Below are positions 48,596 through 58,276 of a stretch of DNA of 64,000 nt, one piece after another (position 1 is the first letter of the stretch; every line of letters begins with the position of its first letter). This stretch comes from Candidatus Micrarchaeota archaeon (GTDB lineage Archaea; B1Sed10-29; B47-G15): contig QMVG01000001.1 in assembly GCA_003660975.1 (NCBI GenBank), positions 1 through 64,000 of the forward strand, in the 5' to 3' direction. The position numbers and the translations under genes are program-made. The notes beneath the pieces were generated by a model that saw only the letters and a list, made by a program, of their open reading frames with translations, had not been told where the DNA came from and made no database searches.

Positions 48596-49038
48596 TGATT
48601 GCCAGCTTAACAGGCATATTGCTCTCAATCATTGGATTGATATATTCAAATGCAATTATCCTACTTTTGGGGGTTATTTTTATTGTTATTGACTTCTTGC
48701 CTTCAAAAAAGAGCAAAACTGAGCAAAAAGCAGTAGCAACCGAGGTGAAAAAAGAAAGGCACATCGTGGTAAACAGCCCCCCTCCTACTGAGGAAGGAGC
48801 TGAATTCTTTATGGCAATGCAAGCAGGCAATCCAGCAATGCCACATATCAGAAAGATGTATACGGATAAGGAAACAAGCGAGGTGCTAATGCCACACGAC
48901 TACCTGCCTTTCCAGGAACCTGCCAACATAAACCCTCTAAGGAAAATATTTATTGGCTATCCAAATTATGTCTTAAGGCGAATCTTCAGTGGTGTCAATT
49001 TCTTTGAAGACCTGGAAAAAAGGTGGAGAGAAAAATAG
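48580..49038 (+). CDS. 2-TM protein, diverged family B-like
   Basis: TM hairpin, PSKKSK linker, HIVV-PPP, amphipathic C-terminus. Confidence 0.7.
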   Translation: MVEWLMIASLTGILLSIIGLIYSNAIILLLGVIFIVIDFLPSKKSKTEQKAVATEVKKERHIVVNSPPPTEEGAEFFMAMQAGNPAMPHIRKMYTDKETSEVLMPHDYLPFQEPANINPLRKIFIGYPNYVLRRIFSGVNFFEDLEKRWREK

Positions 49039-49611
49039 TTACTTTTCCAATCTCATAAGAAACTTGGTGTTTGTGTCAAGAATCTTCTGGTTTATGTCCC
49101 TCAAAGCTTTTATTGATGCCTTCATATCAATTAGCATTTCTTTTATCTGTTGGAGCTCTTCTCCCAATTCCCCTATACTTGAAATCTTTTCGTGAAGCGC
49201 ATTGTGGCCCTCCTTCATTTCAGAAACAGCAGAATGTATCTCATTTATTTTTTCCTTGTGCTCTTGAACATTGCTTTTTATTTCGTGGATATGGTCCTCG
49301 TATGCGCTAACCTTTTCGTTCAACTGCTCGACTGCCTCATGAATCCGCGATGTGTTTTCGCTTTGTTTTTTTATCTCTGGCATGATGGGAGTTAAGTGGT
49401 CTCCACTTTCTATTTTTTCTTTTATGTTTTGTACGGTGTTGTGGATGTCTTGATTGCTCGGCGCTGATTTGGCTTCATCCAGCACTGAGGATATTTCGTC
49501 CTCACTGAGAGACATGGCCTTTAATGTTTTTTTAATGTCCTCCTGCCCCATACCAGATGCGTTCATAGAGCGCACAATGCTGGCTATCTGCTCCAACTTT
49601 TCCTTTTCCAT
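49039..49611 (-). CDS. Coiled-coil protein with small N-terminal helical domain
   Basis: Long heptad pattern (IHEAVEQLNEKVSAYEDHIHEIKSNV...); start re-chosen at MEKEK. Confidence 0.72.
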   Translation of the reverse strand: MEKEKLEQIASIVRSMNASGMGQEDIKKTLKAMSLSEDEISSVLDEAKSAPSNQDIHNTVQNIKEKIESGDHLTPIMPEIKKQSENTSRIHEAVEQLNEKVSAYEDHIHEIKSNVQEHKEKINEIHSAVSEMKEGHNALHEKISSIGELGEELQQIKEMLIDMKASIKALRDINQKILDTNTKFLMRLEK

Positions 49612-49667
49612 ATTAATGTTTAAAGCATATGAATATATAAAAAGCAATCCTCTAATACTCTGATTAT

Positions 49668-51008
49668 ATGGATTCAGATCAGCTCTTATTCGGACCTTGG
49701 AGCCCTATTTTCAAAGGAGATTGGACAGGGCATCCCATAGAGATCCTTGAAAATCCAGAGAAAATGGTGCTTACTGTGCTAAACTTTGATGGTGAGCAAT
49801 ATGTTCTGCTGAATAAATTTCTCATAGCTGAGGGATATGTTGAAAAGCTAATAGAAGAAATGCCAGGAAAGAACAGCTTCATATTTAAAATACTGCCAAG
49901 TAAAAAGCTCAAAATCATTTCTCTTTCTTCTGAGATAAAGAAGGCAGGTAAAGACATCAATGAAAAAATAAGAGACTTGAAGGCTGAGCTTGAAAAAAGG
50001 AAAGAACTGCTCACAAGCATTTCAGCAAGGTATTCCGTAAATATCAGGGAATTAAAAGAAAGTCCAGAAGCAGCTGAGCTACTTTTCTCAGAGCCTGTTC
50101 TAAGCTTGGCCACATTAACGCTCAAGAGAACAGAGAAAAAAGGCAAACTGGGCCTTTTAGGCATAAAAAGCAATGGCCAGCTGCTTTATGTGGATAGAGC
50201 GTCAATGAGGTCTGTGGCCTTGATAGGTGAACTGGAGAAGATGAGAAAATGCTTGCAGGTCTTAATAGAAAACAGTTTCTTAGATAACCTGAGCCCAATG
50301 ATAATTGACAAAAGCGACTACTTTGAACGCATGGTTTCAGCCAATCAGTCATTTGACTCTGCCGTATTTCCTTTGTCTCCAATGGGCTTTCCAATAGAGA
50401 GGATTAAGATAGGAGACATAGGCATAAGCTTTGCTGTCCTGACTGCAAAGCGTTTGAAGGCCTTGCTAAGAGTAAAAGAGAGCAAAAGCTTTGACATTAT
50501 CTCTGATATCATGGAAAAAGAAGGTGACTTTGCAACGTTGGAGGACTTAGAAAACAAGATAATGGAGATAAATGACGAGAGCCAGAGGTTTCATGCCTAT
50601 CGTGCAGCAAGATGGATAAGCTTAATTGAGCGCTTATATGGAGATTTATTTAAAAAGAGGCTAGAAATGCCTCCAGAAAGGCAAATAACCATTATAGACC
50701 CAGGAAATTACAGAAAGGAGATAGTGGAATTGTTCTTACTATCTTTACTACAGGAGAGCATGGAAAACAGGGCTGTCTTTGTAAGCAATCAAAACTTCCT
50801 GAAGACAGCGGCTTTAAGAGAAGACATAATAGATAACATAGAAAAGACCTCTTCCTGTTTTGTGTTTGAAGATGAAATTGACATACCAAAAAGGATGTCT
50901 GAAAAGGTAACAATGAGCATAAAATATGTCTCTAATAATGACTTTGCAGTAAAGGACAGGAAGAAAGGCAAGTTTAGAATAAGATTGAGAGATACACTAA
51001 GTGCCTAA
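49668..51008 (+). CDS. Degenerate HerA/FtsK/VirB4-like ATPase-domain protein (Walker A lost)
   Basis: LG.KSNG......RSVALIG[ELEKMR]KCLQVLIEN.FLDNLSPMIID..D...P.GFPI matches the HerA N-terminal ATPase layout, but GxxGxGK is absent. Confidence 0.55.
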   Translation: MDSDQLLFGPWSPIFKGDWTGHPIEILENPEKMVLTVLNFDGEQYVLLNKFLIAEGYVEKLIEEMPGKNSFIFKILPSKKLKIISLSSEIKKAGKDINEKIRDLKAELEKRKELLTSISARYSVNIRELKESPEAAELLFSEPVLSLATLTLKRTEKKGKLGLLGIKSNGQLLYVDRASMRSVALIGELEKMRKCLQVLIENSFLDNLSPMIIDKSDYFERMVSANQSFDSAVFPLSPMGFPIERIKIGDIGISFAVLTAKRLKALLRVKESKSFDIISDIMEKEGDFATLEDLENKIMEINDESQRFHAYRAARWISLIERLYGDLFKKRLEMPPERQITIIDPGNYRKEIVELFLLSLLQESMENRAVFVSNQNFLKTAALREDIIDNIEKTSSCFVFEDEIDIPKRMSEKVTMSIKYVSNNDFAVKDRKKGKFRIRLRDTLSA

Positions 51009-51427
51009 CCTTTTAATTTTTTTAGTTTCTCATCTAAAAGCTCTTCTAACTGGTCTATCTTAACATATTCTACAGGATTAATGTTATCAAGCACATATTT
51101 AATTTCAGCTATCTGGGCTTCTAACTCGGATATTCTTTTTGTATTGTCTCTCACACTTCTCTCTATTGAGCTAAAAAGTGTCTTCAGCTCTTCATTGCTT
51201 TTTTTTATTTCATCCATTAGATTCTTATTGATTGGTTCTGCCTTGAGGCCTTTTTCCTCCATAAGCTTTTTTATATTTTTGTTATGCGTAATAAGTGTTT
51301 TTCCTATTATTTGCTCGTTTTTTTCTATCACCATCATTCGCTGCGCAATTACCCTTATCTTTGAATCCAAAGCCCTTATTTCTGAATAAAGCTCTTGAAG
51401 TCCTATGCTCCTGGAATCATGAGGCAT
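51005..51427 (-). CDS. Coiled-coil protein
   Basis: Heptad repeats and a C-terminal INPVEYVKIDQLEELLDEK. Confidence 0.7.
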   Translation of the reverse strand: MPHDSRSIGLQELYSEIRALDSKIRVIAQRMMVIEKNEQIIGKTLITHNKNIKKLMEEKGLKAEPINKNLMDEIKKSNEELKTLFSSIERSVRDNTKRISELEAQIAEIKYVLDNINPVEYVKIDQLEELLDEKLKKLKG

Positions 51428-51487
51428 AACAACACCAATTTAAATTATGACAACTCTTAAACATATAAAGATTATGCTGGTGCGGAT

Positions 51488-53803
51488 ATGCAAAAAGTTG
51501 AGGGCGTGTTGTTCGATATAAAAGCAGAAAATGGTGGATTATCAATAGTTCTGAAAGGAGACAAAAAACACATAATAAAAGACCAGATAAGATATTATTT
51601 CTACCTGCTTCCAGAAGAAAGAGTAAGCAAAGCAACTGTAAAAAGGGTTGAAGGTGTGGAGGATGTTGAAGAAGTCAGCATGAAAATTCACCATGTGCCT
51701 GTGAAAGCGTTTAAGGTCTATGTGAAAAATGGGCAGAATAGCGTAGAGCTGGCAAAAAGATTGGCGGATTTTGGTGAACTGAGAGAAGACGACATAAAAA
51801 TAAAATACAGGTACTTAATAGACAAAGACTTGTTTGCTTCTGAAAATTATGTATTTGAAGGTGGAAAATTCAGAAAGAAAGAAGAAGAGAAGTTGAGATT
51901 GAAGGTATGTGCTTATGATATAGAGACCTACAATAAAAACGGGGCCCCAAATCCCGATAAAGACCCAATAATAAGCATAGCATATGCAGATGAAAGCGAA
52001 TGTATAGCTTTCACGTGGAAAAACTCCCAATATAAAAATGAAAAAGAAATGATAACTGCATTTATCCAATATCTTAAGAGGGAGGACCCTGATATTATAA
52101 TGGGCTACAATGCAGACCTCTTTGACATGCCTTATCTTAAAAAGAGGTGCAATAAATTAGGCATAAACTTAGAGCTGTCAATTGACGGCTCTGAAGTGAA
52201 AAACAAAAGAAGCGGTTTAAGCGCAAAGACAGAGATTTTCGGAAGGGTGCATTTTGACGTCTACAAAGCTGTTTCTTTTATGATAACAACTAGTGGTCTC
52301 CGTGTGTCAAAGAAAGACCTTGAGACAGTTTACAAAGAAATGTTGGGCAAGAACAAAAAAGAGATAGATGGCAGGCTGATCTACGAATACTGGGACAAGG
52401 GCAAAATAGAGGAGCTTGTTGAATACAATAAAAGCGATGCGAAAGCAACATATGAGATAGGAATGAAGGCTTTACCAATATATATCGCCCTGTCGCGCAT
52501 AGTTGGCTTTCCAATTCAAGATGTAATAAATATGAGCGCCACGCAGATGATAGAGTGGATCCTGATAAGAGATGCTCACAGAAAAGGCGTTTTATCTCCG
52601 AGAAGGCCAGACGATAGAGAGATAAGATATAGGATAATGCAGGGGCCGATTAAGGGAGCATTTGTAAAGCTTCCAAAAAAAGGACTGCATGAGAACATCG
52701 TTGTTTGTGACTTCAGGTCACTTTACCCTTCCATTATTATCTCCCACAACATAGGCCCTGACACGCTAAACGCCCCTGGATGCAAGGAGTTTTTTGAATC
52801 TCCAGAAGGTCACAGGTTTTGCAAAGATAAAGAATCCATAATTGCTGGCATGATAAAGCGGCTTGTTGAAAGCAGAATCAAAACAAAAGCGGAAATGAAA
52901 CGCGCAAAAGCAGAAGATGATAAAAAGCAATTATATTACAAACAACACTCTCTAAAGATACTGGCGAACGCAACGTACGGCTATTTGGATTTCAACGCAG
53001 CTCGTTGGTATTGTAGAGAGTGTGCTGAGAGCATAACAGCTTGGGCAAGGCACTATATACAGAACACCATAAAAAAGGCAGAAGATTACGGCTTTGAGGT
53101 GATATACGGGGATACTGACTCTGTTTTCTTAAAACTCGGAAATAAAACCGTGGAAGATGCTAAGCAATTCGTGAATGAGATAAACTCCTCTTTACCAAAA
53201 GACATGGAATTGGAATATGAGGGCTTTTATCCGAGAGCCATATTCGTAACTAAAAGAGAGGGAGGTGCAGCAAAAAAGAGGTATGCACTACTGGGTGAAG
53301 ATGGACTAATACGTATAACTGGTTTGGAGTTTGTAAGAAGGGACTGGGCCCCAATTGCAAGAAAAGCGCAGGAGGAGGTTATAAAGACAGTGCTAAAGGA
53401 GGGAGACCCCAAAAAAGCCATATCAATCGCAAGAGAGATAATAAAAGAGCTAAAAGATGGTAAGGTAAGTATAGATGACCTGGTTGTTTACACGCCACTT
53501 TCAAGGCCCTTGGAGAACTACGAACAAATAGGGCCTCATGTGAAGGCCGCTCAAAAGCTGAAGCGTGCTGGCTATCGTGTTAAAACAGGCACTGTTATTG
53601 GTTATATAATCACTAAGGGGAGTGGAAGCATAAGCGATAGAGCATATCCCATAGAGCTGCTTGGAAACAGAAAGTATGACGCAGATTATTATATAAAACA
53701 CCAGGTCATACCTGCTGTCATAAAGATTCTCGGGGAGTTCAACATAAAGGAAGATGAATTGTATTATAATCATAAACAGACAGGGTTGGGTATATGGACG
53801 TGA
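51488..53803 (+). CDS. polB: Family B DNA polymerase
   Basis: ExoI YDIET, ExoII GYN.D.FD, ExoIII YNKSD, DFRSLYPSII, KILANATYGY, YGDTDS, and a PIP-like KQTGLGIW. Confidence 0.96.
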   Translation: MQKVEGVLFDIKAENGGLSIVLKGDKKHIIKDQIRYYFYLLPEERVSKATVKRVEGVEDVEEVSMKIHHVPVKAFKVYVKNGQNSVELAKRLADFGELREDDIKIKYRYLIDKDLFASENYVFEGGKFRKKEEEKLRLKVCAYDIETYNKNGAPNPDKDPIISIAYADESECIAFTWKNSQYKNEKEMITAFIQYLKREDPDIIMGYNADLFDMPYLKKRCNKLGINLELSIDGSEVKNKRSGLSAKTEIFGRVHFDVYKAVSFMITTSGLRVSKKDLETVYKEMLGKNKKEIDGRLIYEYWDKGKIEELVEYNKSDAKATYEIGMKALPIYIALSRIVGFPIQDVINMSATQMIEWILIRDAHRKGVLSPRRPDDREIRYRIMQGPIKGAFVKLPKKGLHENIVVCDFRSLYPSIIISHNIGPDTLNAPGCKEFFESPEGHRFCKDKESIIAGMIKRLVESRIKTKAEMKRAKAEDDKKQLYYKQHSLKILANATYGYLDFNAARWYCRECAESITAWARHYIQNTIKKAEDYGFEVIYGDTDSVFLKLGNKTVEDAKQFVNEINSSLPKDMELEYEGFYPRAIFVTKREGGAAKKRYALLGEDGLIRITGLEFVRRDWAPIARKAQEEVIKTVLKEGDPKKAISIAREIIKELKDGKVSIDDLVVYTPLSRPLENYEQIGPHVKAAQKLKRAGYRVKTGTVIGYIITKGSGSISDRAYPIELLGNRKYDADYYIKHQVIPAVIKILGEFNIKEDELYYNHKQTGLGIWT

Positions 53804-53807
53804 TGTT

Positions 53808-54707
53808 ATGGACGATCTGGAAAAGTTTAAACGAGCGGGAAAAATAGCTGCTGAGGTAAGAGAAGAATCAATGAAGCTAATACGCATAGGAGAAAAGGCA
53901 TTAGATGTAGCCAATATGATAGAAAGGTGGATTTTAGAAAAAGGAGGGAGCATAGCGTTTCCTGTAAACATAAGTGTAAATAACCAAGCTGCTCATGCGA
54001 CGCCATCATATAATGATGAATATGTGTTTGGAGAAAAAGACCTAGTCACTATTGACATAGGTGTTCATGTTGACGGTTTTGTTGGGGGAGATACTGCGTA
54101 TAGCGTGGACCTTTCAGGTGAGAGGCAAATCTTAACTGAAACCTCAAAGAAAGCTTTAGAAAACGCTTTATCAAAGGTAAAGGCAGGTGTGGAGATTGGG
54201 GAAATAGGAAAGGAGATTGAGGAAACAGCAAGACAAGCTTCATTGAGGCCTGTTGAGAACCTGACAGGGCATGGCCTTGCTAGGTGGCAAGTTCATACAT
54301 TGCCATCTATCCCAAACATAGGCAATAAAGACAAAACAAAATTAAAAGAGGGCCAAATAATCGCGATAGAACCTTTCATAAGCAATGGGAGTGGCCGAGT
54401 AAGAGAAGGTGTGCGTACGGAGATATTTTCATTTGAAGGAAAAGTACTGACAAGGAATAGAGATGCAAGGAAATTACTTGATATTATATATGAAAATTAT
54501 AAAACATTGCCATTCGCCGAGAGATGGCTTTATGACTATATGCCTGAGCTAAAACTGAAGTTGGCTTTGAGAGACCTCGCTATGAGAGGGGCCATAAGAG
54601 GCTATCCCATACTGAAGGATGTAGAAGGTTCATTTGTCTCCCAGCATGAAGTTTCCTTAATAGTTGAGAAAGACTCATGCACTTTACTTACGCCCATGAA
54701 ATTTTAA
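53808..54707 (+). CDS. map: Methionine aminopeptidase type II
   Basis: AFPVNIS.N..AAH.TP, IDIGVHVDG..GDTA, NLTGHG, AIEPF, SQHE. Confidence 0.94.
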   Translation: MDDLEKFKRAGKIAAEVREESMKLIRIGEKALDVANMIERWILEKGGSIAFPVNISVNNQAAHATPSYNDEYVFGEKDLVTIDIGVHVDGFVGGDTAYSVDLSGERQILTETSKKALENALSKVKAGVEIGEIGKEIEETARQASLRPVENLTGHGLARWQVHTLPSIPNIGNKDKTKLKEGQIIAIEPFISNGSGRVREGVRTEIFSFEGKVLTRNRDARKLLDIIYENYKTLPFAERWLYDYMPELKLKLALRDLAMRGAIRGYPILKDVEGSFVSQHEVSLIVEKDSCTLLTPMKF

Positions 54708-54728
54708 GCAAAATAATAAAAAGTACTA

Positions 54729-55775
54729 TTGGATGATATTAGCATGACAAACAAAAATGCTTTGCTTTTAATTGTGTTATACTCTGCCTTTAGCATTTTG
54801 TGGTTGTATGTATTCTCCATTACTGGCTTTTCGCTTTCGGACTCAGTTAACTTTAATGTCATGAGTAAAATTGTGGGTTCTATTAGACTTTTATTTTTGA
54901 TTGGCTTCTTAATGGCTCTCTCGCTTGTTACTTTGTCTTATTTTTCAGATAGGCTTGAAAGAAAAAAAGCCATCATATTCTCTATTGCTGCTGTAATACT
55001 GACATTGTTAATTTCTTCGCTCTTTTTCCAAAACAAAATGCAGTTTTTGTTGATGATGCTCTTTTACGGCCTAGGAAGTGTATGGGTATCATATCAGAAA
55101 AGTGAAAAGAAAGGTGCAAGCAGACGCATGAGAGATGGATGGAAGATGGCAAAAAAGATGACATTAAGCTTGGCCTTTGGTGCTGTTATTGTGTCTGTTA
55201 TATTTGTTAATATGAACGCAACATATTATGAGGACAGTTTTAAAGATTCCTTGCTTTCTCTTGTCTCGTCATTTGATGTAAGCAAAATGCTCTCTGATCC
55301 AGAGTTCATTGAGGAGATGGTAAAGGAGCAGATACCTGATTACCAGACGTTCAGGGAAGAGGCCTTGGCCTCTCAGGGTATAGAAAGCATAGATGATGTT
55401 AGGGAAAAGATAAGAGAACAGTATGAAAATCAGGCAGGTTGGGAGCAGATACCAGAAGACAGACAGAGAGAGATTATAGAAAACGCAACGCTAACGTCGT
55501 GGAATTTACTTGAGCAGCAAATAAATGAGTCATACCAGAATATGTTTGGTTCAGAAGCGTTAAGGTCCAGGATATCTGAGATGCAGTCAAAAATCTCCAA
55601 AGAGAACATAGGCAAAATAAGCTCTCAATTCATAGAAAAAATGCCCTTTATGAATATTTTAATAAAAGCTTTGCCATATGTTGTTGCCTTCATTTCTTTC
55701 TCAGCCATTACGCTTTTCGGCACCGTATGTGTAGCTCCTTTTGCCGCTGTGCTGAATTTATTGTTTAGGCGATAA
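54729..55775 (+). CDS. Hypothetical membrane protein with a large helical extracytoplasmic loop
   Basis: Five N-terminal TMs, an acidic helical domain and a C-terminal TM. Confidence 0.7.
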   Translation: MDDISMTNKNALLLIVLYSAFSILWLYVFSITGFSLSDSVNFNVMSKIVGSIRLLFLIGFLMALSLVTLSYFSDRLERKKAIIFSIAAVILTLLISSLFFQNKMQFLLMMLFYGLGSVWVSYQKSEKKGASRRMRDGWKMAKKMTLSLAFGAVIVSVIFVNMNATYYEDSFKDSLLSLVSSFDVSKMLSDPEFIEEMVKEQIPDYQTFREEALASQGIESIDDVREKIREQYENQAGWEQIPEDRQREIIENATLTSWNLLEQQINESYQNMFGSEALRSRISEMQSKISKENIGKISSQFIEKMPFMNILIKALPYVVAFISFSAITLFGTVCVAPFAAVLNLLFRR

Positions 55776-55808
55776 ACTATTTTAAGGATGGATGTCAAGA
55801 AATAATAA

Positions 55809-55883
55809 GGGCCCGTAGCACAGCTTGGATAGTGCGGCAGGCTTCGGACCTGCAGGTCGTGGGTTCGAATCCCACCGGGCTCG
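55809..55883 (+). tRNA. tRNA-Arg(TCG)
   Basis: Acceptor GGGCCCG/CGGGCTC, anticodon arm GCAGG-CTTCGGA-CCTGC, T arm GTGGGTTCGAATCCCAC; no CCA encoded. Confidence 0.95.
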
Positions 55884-55897
55884 TTTGCTTAAGTGGC

Positions 55898-55981
55898 GCA
55901 GGGATGACGGAGTGGCCAAACGTGCTAGGTTCAGGGCCTAGTGGCTTAGTGCCTACGAGGGTTCGAATCCCTCTCCCTGCA
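55898..55981 (+). tRNA. tRNA-Leu(CAG)
   Basis: Acceptor GCAGGGA/TCCCTGC, anticodon arm CTAGG-TTCAGGG-CCTAG, long variable arm, T arm GAGGGTTCGAATCCCTC. Confidence 0.95.
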
Positions 55982-55982
55982 T

Positions 55983-56129
55983 TAGGGACCGAAGGTCCCT
56001 ATTGAGGGCTTCAGTTTCGCTTAAGCCTTTAATACAGCAATAACAAAAAAGGCTTAAATCCCTCCCCCTGCATTGCAACGTAGCTCGTTGCATCCGCAGG
56101 CGATCTTCGATCGCCTTTGCTCAAGCAAA
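55983..56129. repeat. Palindrome cluster with a duplicated tRNA-Leu 3' end
   Basis: Five inverted repeats. AATCCCTCCCCCTGCATT (56057-56074) matches the tRNA end 55966-55983 at 17/18 nt. Confidence 0.7.
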
Positions 56130-56167
56130 AAAGAGGGAGAGGGAAGTTTTGGTGTCGGTGGTAAACT

Positions 56168-56911
56168 ATGAATGTAATACTGCTTGCTGGAGGTTTTGCT
56201 AAGAGAATGTGGCCGTTAACGAAAAACCAACCAAAACACCTGCTACCTGTAGCTGGTAAACCTATGTTAAGTTATGTGCTTGAAAAATTAGAAAAGAGCA
56301 ATGTGGACACAGTTTACATAAGCACAAATGCCAAGTTTAAAAGCCACTTCCAAAATTTTTTAGATAGATACAGAAAAAACAGCAAAGTAAAAATTGAACT
56401 GATAATAGAGGACACGCTCAGTGAGGAAGAAAAGCTTGGCAGCATTGGGGCGCTAGGTCTTATAATAGAGAGTAAAGCGTTATATGATGATTTAATGATA
56501 ATAGGTGCAGATAACATCTTCTCATTTGAACTCAGTGATTTCATAGGTTACTTTGAGGAGAAGAACGCTTCTGTGATAGCTGTTTATGATGTCAAAAACC
56601 TGGAGATGGCAAAGAAATATGGTATAGTGAAAGTAGATGAAAATAACAAGATAATAGAATTTGTTGAAAAACCTGAAAAACCCTCTTCAACATTGGCTGC
56701 CACTGCCTGTTATATATTAAAGAGAGATGATGCTTTAAGCATATTGCAGTATCTTAGTGAGGGAAAACCAGCGGACAGAATGGGAGATTTTATATCTTGG
56801 CTTTACAAGAGAAGTGACATATATGCATATAAATTTTCTGACTATTGGTTTGACATAGGAAGCCTTGAAGGACTGAAAATGGCTGATGAATTTCTATCTA
56901 AAAAGGGGTAA
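56168..56911 (+). CDS. Sugar-phosphate nucleotidyltransferase (NTP_transferase family)
   Basis: ILLAGGFAKRMWPLT...PKHLLPVAGKP, GADN, YGIV, F.EKP, WFDIGS. Confidence 0.92.
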   Translation: MNVILLAGGFAKRMWPLTKNQPKHLLPVAGKPMLSYVLEKLEKSNVDTVYISTNAKFKSHFQNFLDRYRKNSKVKIELIIEDTLSEEEKLGSIGALGLIIESKALYDDLMIIGADNIFSFELSDFIGYFEEKNASVIAVYDVKNLEMAKKYGIVKVDENNKIIEFVEKPEKPSSTLAATACYILKRDDALSILQYLSEGKPADRMGDFISWLYKRSDIYAYKFSDYWFDIGSLEGLKMADEFLSKKG

Positions 56912-57569
56912 ACCGCATTGTGGTCAACATATAATCCTTGGGAAAGGCAATGACTATCGCAATAGAGCTAGCCAGCCCTACAACAAAGGCCATGACTATT
57001 ACTGTGCATATGTAAGAAAGAAGAGCTTTTGCGAAAGAGCTATTATTCGCTATTTTTATGGCAGTAGCGTTTACCCAGAGCTGCCAAATAAAAAACACAA
57101 TACTAATCAAAAAGGCAGTAAAGATAAATGATTGGAGATTCTGACCAGACCTGACAGCTGCTGTTATTGAGGAATTTGCAGCAAAAGGGTAGTAGACAAT
57201 CCCCATTACAAAGGCCAGCAAAGCAATGGAAATTTGTTGGACGAAATTTAGAATTGTTGCATGTCCCATTAAGGCCAGTGTTTTATGAAAATCCCGCCTA
57301 GCTCCGAAAAGCCATACAAAATAAGATGATATGTAAGCAGTAAGTATGAAAACAAGCACTGCGAGCACCACGGCGACTATCACCTGGAGCAAAAGAGTTA
57401 GGCTTGGAACATAGCCCACAAGGAGATATAAGGAGATTATAAATAATTGTGTAAGCGTGAAAAGCATAGCTGCTATTTCTATTCCATCTTTTGCCCTAGC
57501 TCCTGGCATACTGTTGAAACTTTTCTTTGGAGAAAATAGCAGCTTAAGTAGATATGAGAAGTAAATCAT
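56898..57569 (-). CDS. Yip1 domain membrane protein
   Basis: LLFSPKKSF, FGARRDFHKTLALMGHA, IWQLW...AIKIAN..SFAKA. Confidence 0.75.
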   Translation of the reverse strand: MIYFSYLLKLLFSPKKSFNSMPGARAKDGIEIAAMLFTLTQLFIISLYLLVGYVPSLTLLLQVIVAVVLAVLVFILTAYISSYFVWLFGARRDFHKTLALMGHATILNFVQQISIALLAFVMGIVYYPFAANSSITAAVRSGQNLQSFIFTAFLISIVFFIWQLWVNATAIKIANNSSFAKALLSYICTVIVMAFVVGLASSIAIVIAFPKDYMLTTMRFTPF

Positions 57570-57609
57570 ATGATAAAGAATGCAGTAGATATATAAAAAA
57601 ATAGGGGGG

Positions 57610-58200
57610 TTAGACAGCTGGGTATAACAGATTCATTATTGGTAGCAGAATTACTGAGTAAGCTATGACTGCTGCAATTAAAGCGATTGCTGCTTCCCAT
57701 GTCTTCACGCTGTTGGCTTCAGATATTGCAACACTGTCTACCCAAAGAGCCCAAATCATAAAAACTAAGGCCACTGCAAATATGGGCACGATGACAAAGG
57801 AAGCTAACTGAGTTACAGCTCCTGGGGATAAAAGGTCTGCTGGCATGCTTGCTGATAATAGATTTACTAATATCAGCCATATCACTGCAAATAACAGTAA
57901 TAACGTATGCGCATAACCTAGAAGAGCTATGCTCTTTTTCACTTGCCTCCTTCCGCCCATCGCTCCTGCTATGTATGCAGCAATTGTTGCAATTACAAAC
58001 AGAGCAATTAGCGTCACGATAAGCTCTGCCAACCATGTCATTACTGATATGTCATTCATGTTAATCAACAGATAGGAAAGCAAGCTAACAATAACTGCTA
58101 TCGACAGTCCGTCATATATGGTTGCTTTTTTGTTTAGTTCAGCAAAGGCCTGCCTTGGCTTGTAAATTAGCATAAAGGCGTTTTTCCAGTCGAGATTCAT
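57610..58200 (-). CDS. Yip1 domain membrane protein
   Basis: LIYKPRQAF, MGGRRQVKKSIALLGYA, IWALW...AISEAN.VKTWEA. Confidence 0.78.
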   Translation of the reverse strand: MNLDWKNAFMLIYKPRQAFAELNKKATIYDGLSIAVIVSLLSYLLINMNDISVMTWLAELIVTLIALFVIATIAAYIAGAMGGRRQVKKSIALLGYAHTLLLLFAVIWLILVNLLSASMPADLLSPGAVTQLASFVIVPIFAVALVFMIWALWVDSVAISEANSVKTWEAAIALIAAVIAYSVILLPIMNLLYPAV

Positions 58201-58276
58201 GGCATCACCAATTATGTAAAAGCAGCTATATTAAAAAGCTTTTGTATGGTTTTGAAAAGCAAAACTTTATTAAGCA

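Noticed and set aside
51488-53803. Inactivated, split or intein-containing PolB
   Set aside because: All exonuclease and polymerase motifs are intact and the length (771 aa) leaves no room for an intein.
55966-56074. Intact provirus or integrative element at tRNA-Leu
   Set aside because: The direct repeats are only about 90 bp apart with no genes between them. Retained only as a possible scar.
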